Assembly (NCBI GenBank): GCA_024636985.1
Contig: JAGXFY010000045.1
Coordinates: forward strand, 3,368 to 67,367
From: Clostridiales bacterium
Lineage (GTDB): Bacteria > Bacillota > Clostridia > Lachnospirales > Vallitaleaceae
DNA: 64,000 bases
Direction of reading: 5' to 3'
The position numbers and the translations under genes were made by a program. Within the stretch, counting starts at the first letter, position 1, and each line of letters starts with the position of its first letter. Positions 58,726 through 64,000 of the stretch are shown here, piece by piece. The notes beneath the pieces were generated by a model, which was given only the letters and a program-made list of their open reading frames with translations, was not told where the DNA came from and ran no database searches.

Positions 58726-59757
58726 ATGAAAAAAATTGTGTCATTAATTGTAGCAAGTATATTAATATTAAGTCTTATGACGGCTTGTACGTCAGAGGAT
58801 TCAGTCATGACTGTTAATGGGGAGTCTGTACCGGTTGGTGAAGCTATATTTGTTTTGAGAGAATTAGAAGCAATGTATGAGTCTCAATATGGGCCAACTG
58901 TATGGGAGCAAGGGTTTGAAGGCAAGACCTTTGACGAGATTGCCAAAGAAGCGGCGCTAGACTCTTTATCAAGACTGCACATATCAGCATTAATTGCTGA
59001 GGAGCGTGGTATTGAATTAACAGAGGAAGAAATGACGGTTATCGATACGAGAATGGATGAATATCTCGTTACAAAATCAGAAGAAGTCTTAAAAGAAGAT
59101 GGTATCAGTTTAGAGAACGTTAAGGCAATTTTTGTCAATAACGCATTAGGTGAAAAATTAATGGATTTGGAACTTGAAGATTTTACGGTCAATGAAGAAG
59201 AACTTACCTTAAGTTTACAAGGTGATGTTTCTTACCAACAGATCTTAAAGTATGGGTATGATGGTGTTTTGGAGCAAGTTCAAGCGCAGCATATTTTAAT
59301 TGCCAGCAAAAATGAAGACGGAACAGAAAAAGAAGGGGCATTAGAATTGGCCAATGAAGTCTTAGCCAAAGTTAATGCAGGTGAAGATTTTACAGAGCTT
59401 GTAGAAATGTATTCTGAAGACCCTGGAAAAGTAGAAAATGACGGTATTTATACCTTCTATCAAGGTGAGATGGTACCTGAATTCGATGCGGCGGCGTTTT
59501 TAATGGAAAACGGGGAGATTAGTGACTTGGTTGCCAGCGACTTCGGTTATCATATCATTAAGAAAATGGACCACATATACCCATCAGAAGAAGAAATAAT
59601 GAGTGTTAAAGAATACGAAGGCTATATTAAAGATCAATACGCCAGAAATCAGAAGCAAGGTGAATTTGATCAACTTTTTGAAGTCTGGAAAGAAGACTAC
59701 AAGGTAGAAACCAACCAGAAAGTATGGGATAAGGTTGTTACCACCAACCAAAAGTAA
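58726..59757 (+). CDS. prsA: PrsA-type parvulin foldase lipoprotein
   Basis: Lipobox LMTA|C; AQHILI, YSED, MVPEFDAAAF and SDFGYHIIK parvulin motifs. Confidence 0.88.
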   Translation: MKKIVSLIVASILILSLMTACTSEDSVMTVNGESVPVGEAIFVLRELEAMYESQYGPTVWEQGFEGKTFDEIAKEAALDSLSRLHISALIAEERGIELTEEEMTVIDTRMDEYLVTKSEEVLKEDGISLENVKAIFVNNALGEKLMDLELEDFTVNEEELTLSLQGDVSYQQILKYGYDGVLEQVQAQHILIASKNEDGTEKEGALELANEVLAKVNAGEDFTELVEMYSEDPGKVENDGIYTFYQGEMVPEFDAAAFLMENGEISDLVASDFGYHIIKKMDHIYPSEEEIMSVKEYEGYIKDQYARNQKQGEFDQLFEVWKEDYKVETNQKVWDKVVTTNQK

Positions 59758-59801
59758 AACCGCAGTTTTCCTACCGTAATAAAACTGTAATATAATATAA
59801 G

Positions 59802-59830
59802 TTGACAATTATATTATAAGGAATTATACT
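59802..59830 (+). promoter_or_regulatory. Near-consensus SigA promoter
   Basis: TTGACA, 17 bp, TATACT. Confidence 0.75.
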
Positions 59831-59899
59831 AAGTAAGAATTAAATATTAAAGGCAACGTAACTTAACTAAAAAATAAGAAAGAAAAGGAGGTAGAATTC

Positions 59900-59980
59900 A
59901 TGAAAACTTTAAAGAGCACACCGAAAAAAGACAACAGAATAATATTTAGACCCTACCTCACTTTTACGAGCATCTCGTGA
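59900..59980 (+). CDS. 26-aa leader peptide (MKTLKSTPKKDNRIIFRPYLTFTSIS)
   Basis: Strong SD AAAGGAGGT, ATG 59900, TGA 59978-59980; lies between the promoter and two terminators. Confidence 0.6.
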   Translation: MKTLKSTPKKDNRIIFRPYLTFTSIS

Positions 59981-60064
59981 TATTGTCATAAGACAATGAA
60001 CAAATTGCCAAGTTGCAACCAATAGGTTGAACGATGCAATCAACAAGATGAATCATAGATAATG

Positions 60065-60100
60065 AGCCATGGGCCTATAACCCATGGCTTTTTCATTTTT
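60065..60100 (+). terminator. Leader terminator 1
   Basis: AGCCATGGG-CCTATAA-CCCATGGCT followed by TTTTCATTTTT. Confidence 0.75.
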
Positions 60101-60165
60101 AAATGAAAAACAAACGCAAGGAAGCAATAGGTCATCAGTAGACCTATACCCATAGCGATAAAAAG

Positions 60166-60199
60166 GCCATGGTATCTAACGAGATACTATGGCTTTTTT
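60166..60199 (+). terminator. Leader terminator 2
   Basis: GCCATGGTATCT-AACG-AGATACTATGGC followed by TTTTTT. Confidence 0.75.
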
Positions 60200-60297
60200 A
60201 TATATAAAAAGCAACCCCATGAATAAGCAAGCAGTTTTTTTAAGGCATTATAACCGCAAGAAATACATAAGGTTATGAGCCAAGAGGAGGAAGAACC

Positions 60298-60516
60298 ATG
60301 AAACATGATATTCAGAGTTATTGTAAAACAGAAGGCATGAACAGTACCCACTTGATGTATGAAATCGATCAAGCAAACCGAAATGACAGAAAAGAAAAAG
60401 TTAGAATCCTACTTATGAAGATTTCCAAAGTCTTTGGACACATTTTCAAACAACCAAGTAAAGATCTAACAAAAAGCTTAAGGAGAAAAGAAAATGAAAA
60501 CTATGAGCGTGTTTAG
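60298..60516 (+). CDS. 72-aa hypothetical protein
   Basis: SD GAGGAGG 7 nt before the ATG; no recognisable family. Confidence 0.5.
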   Translation: MKHDIQSYCKTEGMNSTHLMYEIDQANRNDRKEKVRILLMKISKVFGHIFKQPSKDLTKSLRRKENENYERV

Positions 60517-60586
60517 AATCTAAGAACAGTTTGAGCAATTAAGTAGCGATTAAGTCCTAAGGACTTGATATAAAGAGGTGAAGCAT

Positions 60587-62305
60587 ATGAAAAGAACAAT
60601 CAAATATATGATAAAATATTGGCACTTTTACCTTATAGGTACATTGACGATGGTATTAGCCATAGCACTTGATATGAACAGCCCTATCATCACAGGAAGA
60701 ATTATTGACGAAGTCATTATAGGCGGTGAAGTATCCATGTTTCAGACATTGATACTTCTACTCCTAATGATCAGTCTGGGACGTGCTTTCTTTGGCTATT
60801 TTAAGGAATTAACCTTTGATATTGCCGGTGCGAATATTATCAAAGCACTTAGAAAAGATCTATTTGATCATATACAAAGTCTTTCACAGAACTTTTTTGA
60901 AGAAAAAAACACCGGAGAACTCATGTCAAGACTCAAGGATGATGGCGATAAAATATGGCATGGAATCTCTTTTGGTATTATGTTGGTCGTTGAGATGCTG
61001 ATTGTACTTGTGGTAGCTTGCATACTGATGTTGAACATAAGCGTCAAACTATCTTTAATCACTTTTATCGGTTTACCATTTATTGGCTACTTCGCCTACA
61101 AACTTGAGCGAGAGATAGATGGTGTTTATGAGAACATCAGTGAAAAAAATGCAGAGCTAAACACAACCGCTCAAGAGAACATAGCAGGTGTTCGTCTGGT
61201 AAAAGCTTTTGCCAGAGAAAAACACGAAATCAAGAAATTTCTAAGCCAGAATAAAGCCTATTATGATTTGAACATGGATTATGCTAAAAGCATGAGCAGA
61301 AGATTCCCGAACATTCAATTCATATCAGATATCATACCTATTTTGGTAGTGGTACTTGGTGGTATTTTTGTCATCGATGAAACACTCACGGTTGGAACCT
61401 TGGCAAAATTCATGGGCTATTCCTACATGATTGTATGGCCAATGCGTATGATTGGTTGGATTAGCAGTATTATGGCCGAAGCATTCAGTGCGATGAAGCA
61501 GATTGATAAAGTATTTGATCAACAACCGGAGATTACAGACAGTCCGGATGCTATATCAGTAGAACATTGCTTAGGTACCATTACCTTTGACCATGTTCAC
61601 CTGTCTTTTAAAGATCAGGAAGTTTTAAAAGACATCAACTTCACAGTAAAGCCAGGGCAGACCTTGGCCATTATGGGGACAACCGGTTCTGGCAAGACCT
61701 CTATCATCAACCTACTGGAGCGGTTTTATGAACCTACCAAAGGTCAGGTCAAGTTAGATGGCAGGGACATCAGAGGGTTAACATTAGACAGCTTGAGAAG
61801 CAAGATCGCAGTGGTGATGCAGGAAGTATTCTTGTTTTCGGATTCTATACTTAATAACATCCATTTTGGTAACAAGAAGTTTTTGGCTATGGATAACATC
61901 ATGGCATCAGCCAGTGCAGCAGAGGCTCATGACTTTATTAACCGTATGGAAGATAGCTATGACACCGTTATAGGTGAAAGAGGCATCGGTTTGTCCGGTG
62001 GTCAAAAGCAAAGAATCAGTATAGCAAGAGCTTTTTCAAAAGAAGCTAAGATTCTAGTGATGGATGATGCCACCTCTGCGCTTGACATGGAAACCGAGCA
62101 TGAGATACAAAAAGAAGTCAATAAATTAAAAGGTGTGACGAAAATTATCGTTGCCCACAGAATATCTGCAGTCAAAGAAGCGGATGAGATTATTATTTTA
62201 GATCATGGTGAGATTGTAGAACGAGGCACCCATGCATCATTACTAAAACAAAAAGGTCGATATTTTAATACTTTCAATGAACAATACGAAGGTTATATGG
62301 GATAA
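60587..62305 (+). CDS. Heterodimeric ABC exporter, subunit with degenerate Walker B (BmrC/TM287 type)
   Basis: Six-TM domain plus NBD; GTTGSGKT, LSGGQKQR, Walker B ILVMDD (D replaces the catalytic E). Confidence 0.92.
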   Translation: MKRTIKYMIKYWHFYLIGTLTMVLAIALDMNSPIITGRIIDEVIIGGEVSMFQTLILLLLMISLGRAFFGYFKELTFDIAGANIIKALRKDLFDHIQSLSQNFFEEKNTGELMSRLKDDGDKIWHGISFGIMLVVEMLIVLVVACILMLNISVKLSLITFIGLPFIGYFAYKLEREIDGVYENISEKNAELNTTAQENIAGVRLVKAFAREKHEIKKFLSQNKAYYDLNMDYAKSMSRRFPNIQFISDIIPILVVVLGGIFVIDETLTVGTLAKFMGYSYMIVWPMRMIGWISSIMAEAFSAMKQIDKVFDQQPEITDSPDAISVEHCLGTITFDHVHLSFKDQEVLKDINFTVKPGQTLAIMGTTGSGKTSIINLLERFYEPTKGQVKLDGRDIRGLTLDSLRSKIAVVMQEVFLFSDSILNNIHFGNKKFLAMDNIMASASAAEAHDFINRMEDSYDTVIGERGIGLSGGQKQRISIARAFSKEAKILVMDDATSALDMETEHEIQKEVNKLKGVTKIIVAHRISAVKEADEIIILDHGEIVERGTHASLLKQKGRYFNTFNEQYEGYMG

Positions 62306-62321
62306 AAGGGGAGGTGACATC

Positions 62322-64000
62322 ATGGCGCTAGATAGCATAAGGGAAGATGAACATTCAGAAGAAAGTCTTAAACTAGCAACAATTAAACGTTTGTTCGGAC
62401 GACTGGTAGGATACAAAAAAGAAGTCATCAAGGTCTTGATGTTGATGATTTTAATTATTGGTGTGAGTGTGGTGAATCCTATATTCATAAAGATTGCCAT
62501 TGATACATACGTGGTTGCAGGCGATATAAGAGGTCTACTCATGTTGGCAGGGATCACAATCATTATCAATTTCTTGAGTAAGATCGCCATCAAATGGCGG
62601 ATCGTCATTATGTCAAGAGTGGCGAATGATGTCCTTATGAAGATACGCCAAGAGCTCTATACGCATATTCAGAAACTGTCTTTTAATTTCTTTGATAAAA
62701 GACCGGCAGGGAAGATTCTGGCAAGAGTTGTTGGTGATGTTAATTCACTTAAAGATGTATTAATTAATGGTGTTGTAACGCTAATACCGGATTTTCTACA
62801 GATTATGATTACCTTAGTCATCATGTTTTTACTAAACGCCAGATTGGCCATTTCAGCTATTATTTTGCTACCGCTTCTAATAGGTTTGATGTATATCAGT
62901 GAGATTAGAGCTCATAAAAGATGGCGTATTTTCAGGAAGAAAAATTCAACAATGAATGCCTTCATTCACGAGGATTTCTCAGGCATTAAAGTAGTACAAA
63001 GCTATACAGCACAGAAGAAAACCTCAGAGGATTTTGGAGAAATACTTGAGGAACATAAGCAATCCTTTATTTCCGCAATTGTCCTCAACGACTTGTTTTG
63101 GCCGATTGTGGAAATATCTTGGGGTGCAGGAACAGCCCTAGTATTCTATATCGGGGTCTCTCTAAGCAGCGCAGGTACTTTAGAAGTGGGTACTTTAATT
63201 GCTTTTACAGCTTACATCACCATGTTCTGGAATCCGATTATGAATCTAAGTAATTTTTACAACCAGCTCATTATGAATCTAGCCGGTGCAGAAAGGATCT
63301 TTGAGATTATGGATATGGTGCCGGATGTTATGGATGAGACAGAAGCGGTAATAATGCCGCCTATAAAAGGCCATGTAGAATTCGAAGACGTTACTTTTGG
63401 TTATGAAGAAGAGACAGTGGTACTTAAGAATGTCAGCTTTAAGGTTGAAGCTGGCGAAACCATCGCTATGGTAGGGGCAACCGGAGGCGGAAAGTCCACC
63501 ATTATTAACTTGATGAGTCGTTTTTACAATATTCAGGAAGGCAGAATTCTTATTGATCGTCTGGATATTGCTAAGGTGAACATAGAAAGTCTAAGAAGTC
63601 AGATGGGTATCATGACTCAAGATACTTTTCTATTCTCAGGTTCCATCAAAGAGAACATTCGTTATGGTAAGTTGGATGCAACCGATGAGGAAATTATTGA
63701 AGCAGCAAAAAGTGTCAGTGCCCATTCATTTATCATGGCCTGTGAAAATGACTACGATACCAAACTGAATGAAAGAGGAACAAAACTATCGGTAGGTCAA
63801 AGACAACTGATTGCGTTTGCCAGAACCATGTTATCTAGGCCTAAGATCTTAATCTTAGATGAAGCAACCTCCAGCATTGATACCCATACTGAAAAATTGG
63901 TGCAAAAAGGGATTGAGGCCTTATTAAAAGGTCGAACCTCCTTTGTCATTGCGCATAGGTTATCGACTATAAAAAATGCAGATCGTATCTTCGTTGTTGA
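62322..64000 (+). CDS. Heterodimeric ABC exporter, second subunit (BmrD/TM288 type); runs off the window
   Basis: ATG 62322 after GGGAGGTG; GATGGGKST, non-canonical signature SVGQRQ, Walker B ILILDE, AHR; not in the ORF track because no stop lies in the window. Confidence 0.9.
   Translation, partial: MALDSIREDEHSEESLKLATIKRLFGRLVGYKKEVIKVLMLMILIIGVSVVNPIFIKIAIDTYVVAGDIRGLLMLAGITIIINFLSKIAIKWRIVIMSRVANDVLMKIRQELYTHIQKLSFNFFDKRPAGKILARVVGDVNSLKDVLINGVVTLIPDFLQIMITLVIMFLLNARLAISAIILLPLLIGLMYISEIRAHKRWRIFRKKNSTMNAFIHEDFSGIKVVQSYTAQKKTSEDFGEILEEHKQSFISAIVLNDLFWPIVEISWGAGTALVFYIGVSLSSAGTLEVGTLIAFTAYITMFWNPIMNLSNFYNQLIMNLAGAERIFEIMDMVPDVMDETEAVIMPPIKGHVEFEDVTFGYEEETVVLKNVSFKVEAGETIAMVGATGGGKSTIINLMSRFYNIQEGRILIDRLDIAKVNIESLRSQMGIMTQDTFLFSGSIKENIRYGKLDATDEEIIEAAKSVSAHSFIMACENDYDTKLNERGTKLSVGQRQLIAFARTMLSRPKILILDEATSSIDTHTEKLVQKGIEALLKGRTSFVIAHRLSTIKNADRIFVV

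Noticed and set aside
60103-60141. Second mini-ORF MKNKRKEAIGHQ inside the ABC exporter leader
   Set aside because: It has K-x-K motifs like macrolide arrest peptides and lies between the two terminators, but has no SD; not supported enough to call.

Overview
A low-GC Clostridia-type chromosomal window. Gene order and protein style suggest a Lachnospirales/Vallitaleaceae-like anaerobe (inference only). Almost all genes are on the + strand. In order: the 3' end of an Rnf/Nqr-like operon (rnfE, rnfA, and an NqrF-like reductase where RnfB usually sits); rpsF-ssb-rpsR; gdpP-rplI-dnaB; tRNA-Val(GAC); a solute-binding protein + YesM/YesN-type two-component system ahead of DUF47/PiT; T-box-thrS; a stand-alone 8-oxoguanine-deaminase-family gene with an attenuator-like leader; a minimal Tad/Flp pilus locus; a NarL-type regulator between an ATPase-less and a complete 7TM kinase; a four-gene module (conserved hypothetical, unannotated 30-aa peptide, membrane HD-GYP, DUF5317-like protein); GH18 and CPBP genes; sua5-ywlE-rpiB-upp-tagO-wecB; a Na+-type F1Fo operon with a hybrid c1/c2 rotor; three large FN3/SLH-type surface proteins; a methyltransferase; prsA; and a heterodimeric ABC exporter behind a leader peptide and two terminators. 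No transposase, integrase, CRISPR array or rRNA was seen. The best candidate for an undescribed system is 28524-31266: a signal-peptide-like 30-aa ORF, an LspA-like two-aspartate membrane protein and a membrane-sensor HD-GYP phosphodiesterase, which together look like a peptide-signalling circuit with c-di-GMP output. Other leads: a preQ1-I-like pseudoknot/terminator before the deaminase, and a GGA-loop structured RNA at 16404-16525. All calls come from reading the sequence by eye; no searches or folding programs were run.
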